Source: Haliotis cracherodii
Lineage: Eukaryota
Length of the DNA stretch: 64,000 nucleotides
Direction of reading: 5' to 3'
NCBI RefSeq assembly: GCF_022045235.1
Contig: NW_027266286.1
Span: 8,246,001-8,310,000 of the forward strand
The translations under genes and the position numbers were made by a program. The notes beneath the pieces were generated by a model that saw only the letters and a program-made list of their open reading frames with translations, did not search any database and was not told where the DNA came from. Shown in pieces: positions 24,701-39,700 of this stretch (its first letter is position 1; each line of letters begins with the position of its first letter).

Positions 24701-27700
24701 TTGAGTAAAAGATGAAAGGTTTGTATTTGTTATTTATAGCTGCAGAATTAACAGATTGGACCAGAGTGTAGACTGACCCTCTGAGATCTGGGTCCCTGGG
24801 ATTGAATAATCTGGAATAAAAAGAAGAAATTATTCTGAAGATGACAACTAATTGTTAATTACACTGAAAGTAGAGAAGTCTACAGTCAACCCTTGTTTAG
24901 TCCACTTGATCTCCATAACAGAAATACAGAAAACTACATACTGTTGTTTGGTGCTGATATAATCTGGAAGTATTCAAGAATACTATAGATACACTAACTG
25001 TCCCTGAATCACACCATGGAGACAGAATGATGGTTTAACTAGATCACTTCTAACTGGATCGACTTGATCAACCTAACACACAAATTGTGAACTGGAATTT
25101 AACTGAAATATGATTGAATGAAGAGATGTGAAATTCAGCTCGTTTTTCAGCATGCAAAAGGTATTCATAACAGTCATCTATTTGATCACTGACATGTTGT
25201 TTGTGATAGGAAAGTTGGAATACTGATCAGGAAGTACATGTGGATGAGTATATCTACAATTGAATTGACCCTTGAATTGCAACACAACAAGGGTTGACTG
25301 TATGGCATTTGCCAAGAGGCATGTCATGTAGGCATTGAACATGCAACATCACATTTCCAAGTTTTTATATTTACTTATTTCTATTTGGTACAATACAAAT
25401 CTTCAATAAATTGTTCAGCTCAGCTAATACTTCTGTCATGAAAAAACTAGTACAAACCTGATTCCATCTTATTCAATCCTCTTATGTTAAGTATTAAATA
25501 TCTTAAATAAAGATACTGAACATATCTGGCCCTAAGCACTACCATTCAAACAACCATATTCCAAACATGTTCAATCCTTCCAACAGATACCTGGACTCAC
25601 ATGGATAAACATGTCAATGGATTTGCAGAAAGAAAGTCTTGTCAGTAGGTGTCTCCTACACTAGATTGCCTACCTGTAATAAACTTGTACTTGGACATGA
25701 AGCGCCCGCCTTGGACGGCCCCTCGAGTGTCCAGGGTCAGGACTAGACGGGGACCTTGACTCGTCAGAGGTGGGGGTCGCAGTGTCCCGCAGAATTTCTC
25801 CTTCACAGTTCCATCCTTCAGGCGACTATCCTCATTCAGACCAACATATCCAAGTGCACAACTGAAACATTATTTACATATAGTCCAATGTATTGTCATA
25901 AGAATAACATTGTGCATGTGTATGGAGTGAGTGAATGAATGTTGATTTGCAGTCATAATCGTCCAGATATATCCCACCAGTCTAAAGTCTGCACTGTGCA
26001 GACCAGATTTGACTATAGGAGCAATAATCCAGATATATTCCTCCAGTCTACAGTCTGTACCATGCAGACCAGACAACACCAGCAATAATCCAGACAACAC
26101 CAGCAACAATCCAGATATATTCAGCTAGTCTATAGTCTGTAGCATGCAGACCAGACACCAGCAATAATCCAGATAGATCCTTCCAGTCTATAGTCTGTAC
26201 CATGCAGACCAGACAACACCAGCAATAATCCAGATAGATCCCTCCAGTCTATTGTCTGTACCATCCAAACTACACCAGCAATAATCCATATATATCCCAC
26301 ACATCTATTGGCATTACATGACACACAGTCAGTCAGCTTGCACATTGTGACCACCCAACAATCATTGGTTGAATCTTGTGATAAGCTTAATTGGGGTACT
26401 GGTGACCTATTGCAGAATTCTGCCAAGCCTCAAATGTACACCATAAACATATCTTGCTCATATGCTTTCCAAAACTTCTGACTACACATCCAGGTGAGTT
26501 ACATTGCTCACATTGCTACAGTGACAATATATTTTTTTCTATTACTATGATCACAAACTTCTGAAAATGTGTAAAGAAATAAAACAAACATCTGTAAAAA
26601 ATATACCATTCTGTTTCAACTGAAAACATAAAATGACACATCTTAGCCATCTGACACTGTTGCAAAGAGTGATAAGGTCAGAACAACTAAAGAAATATAA
26701 CATGAGATTTTGAAGGAAAACTGTTTCAATATTTGTAGTATGTCTTAATAGATAATAGATATCCAATAGAACCTAACAGATGATTTGTGCACTGCGTCAC
26801 TGGTGTCTTCTCTACTCGTCCACTACAGGTATCAATCAAACAACAAACCTTGCATGTCCACAACTTACTAAGGCATATTCCCTGGTATGTCGAAGTCGAA
26901 GAATAATATCCTAGCTTTCTCCAGATGCTGTCTGTCCATAAGGCCATCCAGGTAGTACCGACAGGTGATGTTTTGAGGGAAGGAGGCCGGATAATTGGGG
27001 GACTTTATTGTGCCATTGGTCTCTTGCTTACTCATTATTCGTTGGTCACATTCTGCAATGATATAAAAAACAAGACATATGAATGTAGTCATGGCAACAG
27101 CAGTGGCGCCTTAGACTAAAAATATAGTCTCCGAAATGAAAAGACTGAAAGTTGTTTTTTCTTCAAATTGTTTAAAAATTTATAACAGAAAGGAGCCAAG
27201 AGAATCTTTCACATTCTGAAACTGAAGAAATCAAGACTTGCATATTTTTGCTTTGGGGTCAGAGAGACTAGCTGTACCTATACTTTAATATGCTACAGTA
27301 TTTCTAAGAGAAGACATGCTCACCAAAATTATATTTTCATCAATTTTGTCATTATCTTCTGAATGTCACCAACACATTATCAATGAAAGGTACACCCAAG
27401 CCCTCATATACTTTGTCTACATCAGACAGTATCTCATGTCTGCTTTCAGAACCAATTGCTTTTAGCTGAGCTACTTTGAGTTCAATAGGTCACACAAAAT
27501 TGTGATTTTAATACTATTTCTGATGTGAAAAAGATTAATACTTGATGTTTAGCTACAAACCTCTTGATGTTTCTATTAACTTCTCGTTCTTTCCACTTAC
27601 ATTATATCAATATTTCCAAAGAGGAAATAACCTAAATTTGTTAGTCTAGTAACTTGTGTCATAATTCATGAAACATAAGTTCTTTTCGAAACCCATGTCT

Positions 27701-30700
27701 CATGTATCCCACAACTACTTAAGTTAATGTGTCCTTAACTAGTCATCTTTGGACATATTATGTTCTCTGTAAGGGGCGGTATTACTATAGTCGCAGCAGT
27801 AAGACAATCTTAACTCCCATACTTTAACACAGACTTACAATAGTCGTAGCACTAAGACAATCTCAACTCCCATACTTTAACACAGGCTTACAATAGTCGC
27901 AGCACTAAGACAATCTCAACTCCCATACTTTAACACAGGCTTACTATAGTCGCAGCACTAAGACAATCTCAACTCCCATACTTTAACACAGGCTTACTAT
28001 AGTCGTAGCACTAAGACAATCTTAACTCCCATACTTTAACACAGACTTACAATAGTCGCAGCACTAAGACAATCTTAACTCCCATACTTTAACACAGGCT
28101 TACAATAGTCGTAGCACTAAGACAATCTCAACTCCCATACTTTAACACAGACTTACAATAGTCGTAGCACTAAGACAATCTCAACTCCCATACTTTAACA
28201 CAGGCTTACAATAGTCGCAGCACTAAGACAATCTCAACTCCCATACTTTAACACAGGCTTACTATAGTCGCAGCACTAAGACAATCTCAACTCCCATACT
28301 TTAACACAGGCTTACTATAGTCGCAGCACTAAGACAATCTCAACTCCCATACTTTAACACAGGCTTACTATAGTCGTAGCACTAAGACAATCTTAACTCC
28401 CATACTTTAACACAGACTTACAATAGTCGCAGCACTAAGACAATCTTAACTCCCATACTTTAACACAGGCTTACAATAGTCGTAGCACTAAGACAATCTC
28501 AACTCCCATACTTTAACACAGACTTACAATAGTCGTAGCACTAAGACAATCTCAACTCCCATACTTTAACACAGGCTTACAATAGTCGTAGCACTAAGAC
28601 AATCTCAACTCCCATACTTTAACACAGACTTACAATAGTCGTAGCACTAAGACAATCTTAACTCCCATACTTTAACACAGGCTTACAATAGTCGTAGCAC
28701 TAAGACAATCTTAACTCCCATACTTTAACACAGGCTTACAATAGTCGCAGCACTATGTCAATCTTAACTCCCGTACAGTACTGGGGACCGACTCCGACCT
28801 AGAATCACTTCCGAGTTGCTCCATTAACACACTGCCACCTACCTGTTCCTATTAAGTGTTCTGCATCAGGTAGGATAAAGTCTGAAATAGAAACATTTGT
28901 TTCTTCTACAATTTGGCAAATATAGAAATGATCATACTTAGTAGTAATGTGTAAGAAAGTAGTTAGAAAAAACATGCAGAGACTTTATCCACGGTCTTAT
29001 CCATTTCAATATGAATGAATGAATGAATGAATGAATGAATGAATGAATGAATGAATGAATGAATGAGAGAGCGTTTCATGCTGCTTCCAGCAATATTTCA
29101 GTAACATCACAGCAGGGCTTCACGCATTGTATCCATCCTAGAAATTCAAACCTTGGTCTTTGGAGTGATATTAACTTCAACCACTACTACAACATTATAT
29201 GTTTGTTGTGTAACACCCAACTCAGCAATATTCCAGCTAGTTGATGGCAGCATGTTAATAATCAAGACTCGACCAGACAATCCAGTGAATGACATTGTGA
29301 GCATCAATCCACATACATCAGGGTTCAGTGACACAATCAACCAATGACCACCTGATCCAGGGATTTCCGTATTTCAGTGTAAAACAAGTTTATCTACTAC
29401 AGATTGACTGTGCAACTGATGTGCCTTTCACTGCATCAAGGCACATGTTTATACTTGGTTAAACATTGACATACTTACCTAACTTGACAATCTGATCACT
29501 GAAGTTATACGTTATGTTAAATCCTTTTCTTGGCACTGTTAAATCACCACTGTTTTCAAGAGGCTGCTTGTCAAACAACACTCTCCCTTGACTTGTAAGA
29601 AACTCTATGTGCAGTGCTTCTCCAGAAGAGTAAAGAATTGTGCTATTGTCATAGTTGCCACAGAACGTGCCAATCACAGGGGCATCATTTGTATAGCCAT
29701 CGTAGATTTTCACGTAATCGTATGGACAACTGGAATACAAAATGTCCATCTTCATACATGATCTCACAGGAACACAAATACATAGAGATCCTTAGCCTGA
29801 AATATTATATTTTATTCATCAACATAAGATGGCTAATGAAATATGGTTTATTTCACGATGAAACATTGTTCTATTATGATGTTATTTCTAGAAATTAAAA
29901 CATACACTCACAATCGATCGGTATTGGAAGAATATGCGGGAAATACCAAACTTAGCCCACCTGTTCATGAAATAGACTTGTCTGACATTGCCAAGGTCAG
30001 ATTTAGGGAATCATCATTATAGCTTGTACATTTAATTACTTCCTTAAAGAGGCTGTATATAATGTTGATATCTCATATAAGAAATAAACAACTTGTGGTC
30101 ATTTTTTTATTGTACAATAGTTAACTCCCATTCATTTATTTTTTAAGTAAAGATGTTGATATATATATATATATATATATAAATAATCTTCTGAAAGACC
30201 TCCAAATTTCTAGTCTTTGATCAACATTTAATATAAGTTGGCAGAACATGAAGACATTTAACTTGTATGGATAACAACTATTGTCTGTAGCCACATTTCA
30301 GGGATTACTGTTGTAGCTATGGAAGATGACTCAGTACCTAGAAAGGTGCAAGCCCTGCAATGCTGCTACAAACAATAAAGAAGTTATCAAGGAAAGTTTC
30401 ATGTCTTCATCCCAGTTTCTAACTACCTTGCAAAGACCCAAAGCGACTACAGTGCATTTCTGTATATATGATTATACCTAAAAAAAATACAAATATGACA
30501 ATCCAGAAATATGTTTTGTGTTTTGCAAGTTCTTCAATTGTAAACCATATATTCTGTGTCTGTTTATGTGGTACCAGTTATTTGTTCATCAGGCAAATAT
30601 ACAAATTCTATGAATATGTTTAAACCCTGTAAACTATGTTGTGCCCCTAACACATTCACACTGAGAACAAGGCACAAAAGATAGCACTACTGCTTTAAGC

Positions 30701-33700
30701 TCTCATAAAATATTTGGTGCACTGTGCACCCTTCCATCAACACTCACTCTTGTCTCTTGGGAGGTAAAATCAAACTTGATCAACTTTTGAATCAGATAGA
30801 TTGTCCTTTCAAGACTTAAAATGTTAAAATTGAATGTCACAATGTTGCTTCATAAGAAACAAACTAAAGATATAGTGCATTTACCCTGAATTAATTTCGA
30901 ATTCAAATGTAGTTAAGTCTCTCAAGACGCTTATCAAATGGGTGAATCTGATACCCAATTGATTCCAAACGAAAGGCAAAAAACATTACAGTTCAAACTG
31001 TTATTCCCTGAAGTATCACTGAAAACAGTAAAGCGTAACGCGAGTCTCTCAAAGAGCCTTCCCAGGAGATACATCCAGTCAGAGTAATTGCAAGTAGTTT
31101 GTGCATCAGGTACCGCATCACCTGAGCTTGTACAGAATAAAAAAGTGTCGCTCATATTCCCAGGCCATCTGTAACTAGCACCAGAATCCATGAACTTACT
31201 ATTCCTCTCCATGGTAGAGGGAGAACTCGATGAAGTGGAGTTTGATCCTCTCCCCGGCCTTGCCCTGCAGCTTGTAGTAGCAGAACATGTTGTCTGCATA
31301 CATGCCGGGGAATGTAGGGGACATGATGAAACCCGTCTTCCTGTTCTCGCTGCGGATGGTGTAGCCGCACATGGCTGGTGGCGCCTCTGTTCCTATATCA
31401 TATACTGCTGGAATGGGGAAAACTGTTAAATCAATCCATACAGTCTAGATTCTGTTAGTGGGTGAAGATACTACTGTGTTAGGGGGAAGAAATAATAAAA
31501 AGTGTCTTTTGTAAATGTCATTTAACTGTATATTTTCAGTTCAATTCAGATTGCATTTTATAAGTTACAGGCTTGAGAGTTATTTTGGATGACATTTTCA
31601 ATTATTGTGGCCAGATGAAAAAAGCATACATAAACTTACATGTATATACTTACAGCGCAAATACTATTAATTATTTTCTTAATTTCTGAATTGCTGTAAG
31701 ATATTACGTGAAAATGATGTTGAATTGAGAATCGTACAATTGTCAGTCATGTTGTCAAATTCTGGAGAAAGCACCAAAGTACTGAAGCTCACCTGGTACA
31801 TGTGCCTCCATAATGCATTCATAAATTCACATAGTTGACTTGAAATTTTTCATGTACAGTTGTGATGTTTGGGAAACTAAGCCATTGAGTGAAAGTGTTG
31901 CTATTAAAACACTTGCAGTATAATAGGATCTATTCACAACGGGCTGACAGAACCACATCACTACAGTCAGCAAGACAACACAGAGTGGTGCAGATGAACC
32001 ACATACATGCCCTGGTTCCTGGCTTTACACTTACATCACAGTGAGCCAGCCAGAGTTTCTTGTTCTACTTCAGTTTCAGCATTAGCCAAGCCATATCACT
32101 CTGCATGGTTTCAAAAATTATTCCAGTCTGGGTTATCAAACCCAAATTTTGGCATGTTGATCCAACACTCTCTCCACAAGGCCTCCCCACTGCCCCTACC
32201 TACACTTAGTCATTTAGCTGATCAATATCAACCTAACTTATTAAATAATTGTTAAACCAAAACATAATGCCAGATTTCACCTCTTTGATACTGTCAACCA
32301 ACCAGTTAACCTTCAACATTGTAACTTAATCTGCAACAGTATGTATAACACTGTTAATGAGCAAGGTCAAGGTGGAAAGTGTCAACTATAAAATATAAGT
32401 AACAAACAAAACATATATGTTGTACCACCTTCACTATCTACAGACATAGATGACTAGGCTTTCAAATGATGGGTTGGCAGCAATACTTAATTATGGATCC
32501 AGTAAACGAGGACATCATCCATGGAAAGGTCTATGCCATGTTTCAGATGAGATGCTGTCTAATATAAAATGTTAAAGCCAGAGAATAACCTGTCTCAGAA
32601 ACAGATTCCACAGGCTGTAAAAGTCAAAATTGCACTGCAAATTATATTTATATATCATTGAAAACCAGTGGCGACACCAAGTGTTCATGAAAAGGGTAAG
32701 CATGAACACAATGGACAACAGACAAGCACACCACAATCCAAGCTCACTAGACCTTTAGCCAAGGTGAGCCAAAAACATGAATATGAAACCTTACCATTCC
32801 ATTAAGGATATCTGACACTCTTTTCCAATATAACACAGGGATTAATGGATGACCAGAATTATGAAACTACTGACACATATCAATTATTAGGAGCACTTCA
32901 CATCACTCTGGCTTGGGAAAGTAGTGTTGTTTGAGTCAATGATCACACCATTAGCACATCTATTTCATCTTATAGGATACTGATTTTGCTAACCAAATAG
33001 TTTTGGTCGGATGAAATAAGAATATAATAATAAATTTGAGTAGCTCAATATTTTATTGTATTGGGGGGAACTTGTATTGGGTTGGTCTATTTCAGGAAGA
33101 AAATCTTTTTATAAAGCAGGATGTCCAGTATTTTGACGGTAACCTTTTGATGTATTCCGTTCTGTGAAGGCTTATCTTAATAATAGACTACATACAATGC
33201 ATTCGATCAATTATTATATGAAAAAGGTAATAGTTACTTCATTTTGTATAATTTTTGTCAAATTTAATAATACTTCAAATGAATCACAAAAGAAGTGGTC
33301 ATCACGTAAAAGTAAACTGAAACTTTTTTAATCTTATTTCTTCAATGTTGTCTGAACTCCCGAAGTCAACTCCATAAACTCAAAACTTAAATGAGTGCTG
33401 CCAAAGCCAACATCACAGTGTCTTCTGCATGAACAAATTATGTGTGTACATGAACATTAGCCATATTGACCTTAAACATGAGACCAACGGAACTTTCCCT
33501 TTTCTGTAGGTATTATACATAAGTCACTCCATCATGAAAGTCTCATACATATATTCAGGCTAATTTAATGTATTTTCAAAATGACAACTTAAATGGGTCA
33601 GTGTCAAATTCAATACTAAAAGAAAGAATTTTTTTTGGTAAAGAAATGAATTCAAGAGATTAATTTTCAAATGCTGTTTGAATAAAAAGCTATTCTAAAG

Positions 33701-36700
33701 ATTTGTTTTCACCAAACGAACTTGTACAAAATGATACTCACAAGGAGAGGTGTGGAATAAGATTACTTACAATCAAAGAAAACAGCCAAACATCTTTTAA
33801 CATTTGTAAATGATCTGGTCTCTAGGAGCATTTAATAGGTCTGCAGTCCAGATGTAATGGCAACAATGTCCATTTGTTTTAAACAAAAAGACAAACAATC
33901 CCAAAACAATGAACACAAACTGCAATTGAACATGATACCTATGAACATTAAAAAACTTTTTTTTAACCTTAGCAATGATAACATTTTGTCAGTATCATCT
34001 TCTCTTTGTTAAATTACTGTAGTTGTAACTTTAGTCACACAATTGTGTATGAAAACAAAAAAGGCATTCTGAATAAGGAAGAGAATGTATGGATGTCATT
34101 CTGAATAGTTCAGCAAAACACCAACTTTTTTCAGTTGATTACTATGTTTCTGACTACAGACCAATTCATCTTGTCAAACTGTTTGCCATAAGAAATCTTA
34201 TCCATGTAAGATTTACTTTACTCATAATTAATAAAAGTTTCATCAAAATATGTCAATGGTTGAAATCATTTCAAATATAATATTGGATCAAATTTTTAAT
34301 GCCAAAACTTGAAAACAAAATTAAATCATTGCAGTGTTCGCTTGAACTGTGGTCAGAATAACTTACATATATAAATAATGGGGTCTAGCAATGATTTCCC
34401 ACAGAATAACCTTTTTGCCTACCACACTAACAGTTTTGGAGTTCTCAAGGTATGACTATACTTTCTACAAGTTCCAGGGAACATGCAATCATACTTGAGA
34501 ACAAATGTGGTCAAGAAAGAATTGTTAATGCAGTCCAAACTTAAGTTTGCCACATAAAAATTGTATGTCTACTTATTTTATTGATTTGACAATCAAAGTG
34601 AATCAGCGGCCTGAAGAATCTTTATATTTTCACAAAAGCAAAAAAAAATGGTGCACCACAATCTCAACTGAACAATTCTTTGAGAACATACAATTAAAGT
34701 CTGAAAACAGTTTTCCTATGAGAACAAAACTATAAACAACAACAGTCTCTGGAGGAATCTATAAAGGCACCAAACTCTTTCAAGAACACAAAACAAACAG
34801 ATAGCAAAGGTTTGCTTATAAGCATTTTTGCTAATCAGTTCGGAAATATTTTTAAAAATCGGTATACTAATATTATACACATGTACTTCTCTGAGTTAGA
34901 TTACTTGTTTTATTTTCCATGAATCTTTCTAGAATCAGACAAAACAAAGTCCTACTTTCTTTACTTTCAAAGACGCCTTTCTTTCTATTTTCAAATTGAT
35001 GTACCCTTCAGTCATGTAACAATCATTTAAGAAACATGTATTGTCAATGCAAGAGAATGATCAGTGTAGACAGATTCCATTTGCCAAAAAGTGCAAAATA
35101 GTTGTGAAAAGTAAATGAATGGATCACTGAAAATCAGTGATGACACCAGGTGTTTGCGAAAAGGATAAGCATGTGTTGCCCTACCGGGAGCACCCACGTG
35201 CACCATTCACACAATTTGCAAAAGTAAGTATATATTGCCAGATGCGGCACAGCACTACTCCTGCAGTACTCCTGACATGGAGGATAATGGTCCAAATTGG
35301 TCTCATCAGTAATTAACATTTTGAAAGAGTGTACAACACACTGATTACAAGGTTCAGAGAAAATAGATAATTCCTATTTTCCTTGATACGGCATAATCAT
35401 AAGAAGTTAAGATTGAGTGGAATCACATCAAAATGGAAGAACATAAAGACTTCACATTTATCACAGGCAAAATGGCGACTACTTTATCATGAATGAAGAG
35501 TAATTAACTGTTTGATAACATATTATTTGTGATATGCCATGTTATGTATTTGCTGCATTGAAACACATCTGTTATTTCTTGATGTTATAATATAGTCCTT
35601 CCTGCATATACCCCTGCAAAACTGCCTTAGTTGTCCAGTGATCATAAGTGAGTGAGTTTGGTTTAACGCTGCTTTTAACAGTTTTCCAGTTATATCACAG
35701 CGTGTCAGCTTAATGTGGGAGGAAAGCCCAAAGTGATGCATGTCTCAGACACAAACTCAGGTATGGTGCTGACCCCACCACCACCCCAAACCCCACCGCC
35801 GGTGATCATGTAAACAACCCAACAGACATCCTTGATTTTACTTGATCTATCACATACTTAATTCAATGCTGTGAGCTAGGTCAGCAAGCAGCTGGAGTAA
35901 TGGAAAGTCAAACATCATTCAATAAAACTGAGCCCTCGCTGAGTTCAAGAACTAACATACTTACAAGCATCAAAGAACTCATAGTATCCTGTGAAGCCGG
36001 TATGCTCCTTTGTAGCATCTGTATAGAAGGAGAGGACGATGAAATTTTTGGTAGACACAATTAAGTTTTGTAAACTCCCAAGTAAATCTCCACAGAAGCG
36101 ACCAGCCAGCTGAGCATCTAGGAGATTCAATGTTTCCCGTTCACTCTTTATTTGTGTGTAGATGTCCAAGTAGTCATGGTCACACCTGAAATATATAACC
36201 ACAGTCAGAATTAGTGCTATCAGTGCTATGTCACGTGACTTTCATTGACTCGGAAAAAGTGTGCGGCTTTTTTCATCGAAGCTGTGTATAGGGGATTTAT
36301 TCTGCCTCACAGAAATCCATGTGCAGCCTGATGTGCTCGTGGTGGGGTATAAGGGATTTATTCACCCGCTGAGAAATTTATTTCTCTCCAAGGCTGGATA
36401 CAAGAAGAAGAAGAAGAAGAAGAAGGAGAAGAAGAAGGAGAAGAACCTAACAGTGTCAGCTTTGGCACTATTGTAACACCATTACACATTATGAGTGTAT
36501 TTTTGTTTACTGCAACACTCCAGAGACAATCCAGAGAATGACCAGACTCCATTATCTGCCCAAACATATTCCATGATTGGGCGTAAAGGGCAAAATAGTG
36601 GTGAAAATTATGTGAATGGATCACTTAAAATCCAGTGAAAGATATTGTGAGCAATGATCCACACACTATGCACTAAGTTGAAAGAACAGAACAAGGGCCA

Positions 36701-39700
36701 TAACTCTGTAAAACAATAATTGACGGGACAAATTTTCGAACTCTGTCTTGACAAGTATCTCTTAGATATGCATTCAAACTTACATTCACATAACTTCAGT
36801 TGTTTCTGAGGAAACTTGTCCCCATTTCATGCAGTTTGCTCTAAAGTTAAAAAGCATGGAGCAAGGGGCAGTAACATCAGGGTGGACTTATGTAGTTTTT
36901 GAGAAAAATTTATCCCCTTTGTGAAATGGACGGACAGGCGAACGGACAAACTCCATTCCTATACCCCTGCCCCACTTTGTGGTGAGGTATAATAACCGGC
37001 TTCAAAGATAAGATAGCTAAAATCATTTAAGGTGAAATAAAAACATACATAACATTTCTTTCTATTTGAATTTTATATTTATCCTATCCTCAAAAATATA
37101 TGAACAATATTCCCTTCATTCCTACTACGATAATTCACATTCCTCTTAACCAGATAGGCAGGGGCACTTAAATCATTGTTTCTTGATAAAAATATTACAA
37201 AACAATTTCCAGCACTTAAAATGGGATACATCATAATGATCTGACTATATAATATTGACTGTCATCACAGAAAATTGTAGTGCTAAGAACAATTGCAATT
37301 TTCCAGATTAAACTTCCATGAAAAATAAACAAGTCGCACAGTGATGAGGACATAAAATCTACACAGGAAGCGATCTGTGGAGTAATTTGTTTAAATACAC
37401 CCAGGAAATGCATGTTTTATTAAAGTCGGAGCTTGTCCAATATGCAATATCCCTGTTTCCTAGTTTACAGCCCCAGAGATAGCTGGCTTTCATGGCATCC
37501 TATTACATTGAAGCCATATTGTCCTTGCTGGACGAATGTGTATGATACGATGATGCTGTTGCTGTGATTGGTTGTAATTGCTGCAGAAATCAAAGCAACT
37601 GTCATAATGTCAACATTACTTCCAGAAAAAGCTTCATGTCTGAAAGATTCTGTTAATTGCAGATAAAATGGACATACTTTGATGTGTGCTCTTGAAGTTG
37701 TTCCACGGAATGAAATTGTTTCAATCAATAATTTCACTGACAGGAATCTTTTAATCTCCTATTGACAAGTAATAATCAAAGATGTGTTTAGATTTTTCTT
37801 TGGTTATTTGGTTCATATTTACTACTCATGGTTTGGAACATTTCCCCATAATTGCCTAATAGTCTGTGGACTTGATGTTTTCTTTAGTTTTAATCATGTT
37901 TGACTTCATGAATTAAGGTTGAGAGGCGGTGATTTTGCATTACATTGGAGCTTCCCATTAGTGTCCTATCAAATATCTAGTGCAAATATGTTAGGCAGCA
38001 AATATACAGCAGTCTTTCAGGAACATTATGAAGGTTAGATTACAATTGCTGTGGAAATACCACCATCATACTGTCCATTCCAGCAATACATGTCCTGTAT
38101 GGATCCCAACACATCGGAATGCCAACTAATCTTTTCTTAAAGTGTTTCTGTTGGTAAATATAAGGGACAAAACCATAATGTTCCATAATCACCTGAAGTC
38201 TCTATCAAATCAATAGAGAGGTGGCTGTCATTAACACATGCAAAGGCAAGTCAATTGTTCCCCTGATAAAACACAGGAACATATGGTCCATGTCAAAGTA
38301 GGGAATTGTATCAGACATCATTTTGGTCACTGATGCGTCAAATCTATAAATGTCTTCAACATGTCTGCCATGAAATGTTTGGAAAGCTTTAATAAGGCCT
38401 TGAATATTGGAACCCTGATGAAAAAACTTTCGAGAAAGAGTCATATGGCGCTCTTTGAAATCTTCACAGAAAGAGCTTCCTTGATTGTACCTCAAAAGTT
38501 ATTAAACGATCGAGGACTCAAAATCCTGGAGCTGCCTGCATATTATTGGACATTAAAGGGACAGTTGCCTAGTGGACAGTTGAAGTCATCCCTCTCGTCA
38601 TAGATTCTATCTAAACATTAAACCAGGCATTTCATTGCTCAAAAATAGCAAAATGATTACCTAGGTCTTGATAAATTAATTATCCCACCACACACCACTT
38701 GTGTTCCCTTTTTTCTTTACTTGATGAAATAAAACCACATTCATAGTTCTACCAAACATTCATGCTTCATGGCAATCGCTTCCATCTTCAGGCAATGCAT
38801 CGTGACCTTATTCAGAAATGTTTAAGGCTAAAGCCTCACCTCCACCATCAATTCACATAGATGCTGACTTCAAAAGGAGATATCCCTGACCCACAGTTTG
38901 ACTTGAAAACCTGATTGAATATAAAGCTCTATATGCAACACCTAGCTAAGATAAGGACATAAATTTCTTATTTGATGCTGCAACATGAGCTCTCCCTCGT
39001 AATAGGCTTGACCACGGCCGTAGGTTTCCACAAGTCATAATACCAAAGGTTAGCAACCGCACAAACTCAGTCAATAATTCATTGGTAAGGATGCCTTCTG
39101 TAGTTAAGCATGTGCTGCGAAGATCTATGGTGAAACTGTTTCTGGTTGATTCACTTAGTGGTCTTTGTTACCTATATTTCTAAGTTCATTTTCATGACAC
39201 TGGAAAAGTCAAACAGGTTTAAAAAGTCACCACTAGTTGTTACATAAAGGCCAAGAGAAAAATATTGCACTAAGTAATACCCGTACATTGTTGTAAAAGT
39301 TGTATGAAGTGGAAGAAATTAAACCTCTCAAGGGGATTCCAAGGTGACACAAGTCCTCAGTAACCTATGCTTGTTGCAGCAGCTGACTGATGGATTGGCA
39401 TCCAGGTGATTTAGTATCATCGTGACTCAACCGTTGGCTGACTGCTCATGTCAAGCACAGGTTTGCCCGACACATTCTGAATTAATCATAGGTTAACATT
39501 AGCTCACTCACCTCAATCAACTGTGAGAATGGATTTCATTATCATTCTAATATTGTCACCGGTATTTACAACCCGTGAAAATTGTGTAGATCAATGTTCA
39601 TGATGTCAATCACTGGATTGTCTGGCCAGTTTCAATTATTTACGGGGGCGGTCGAGTAGCCTAGTGGTTAAAGCGTTCGCTCGTCACGCCAAAGACCCGG

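Noticed and set aside
27782-28775. CRISPR-like array (also considered for 4964-5210, 10015-10432, 62520-62955 and 21551-21975)
   Set aside because: Head-to-tail repeats with no unique spacers, no cas genes, and a eukaryotic intron or UTR context.
30934-31429. ORF-track proteins overlapping the exon (121, 72 and 79 aa)
   Set aside because: Alternative frames or antisense of the real CUB exon 31200-31407.
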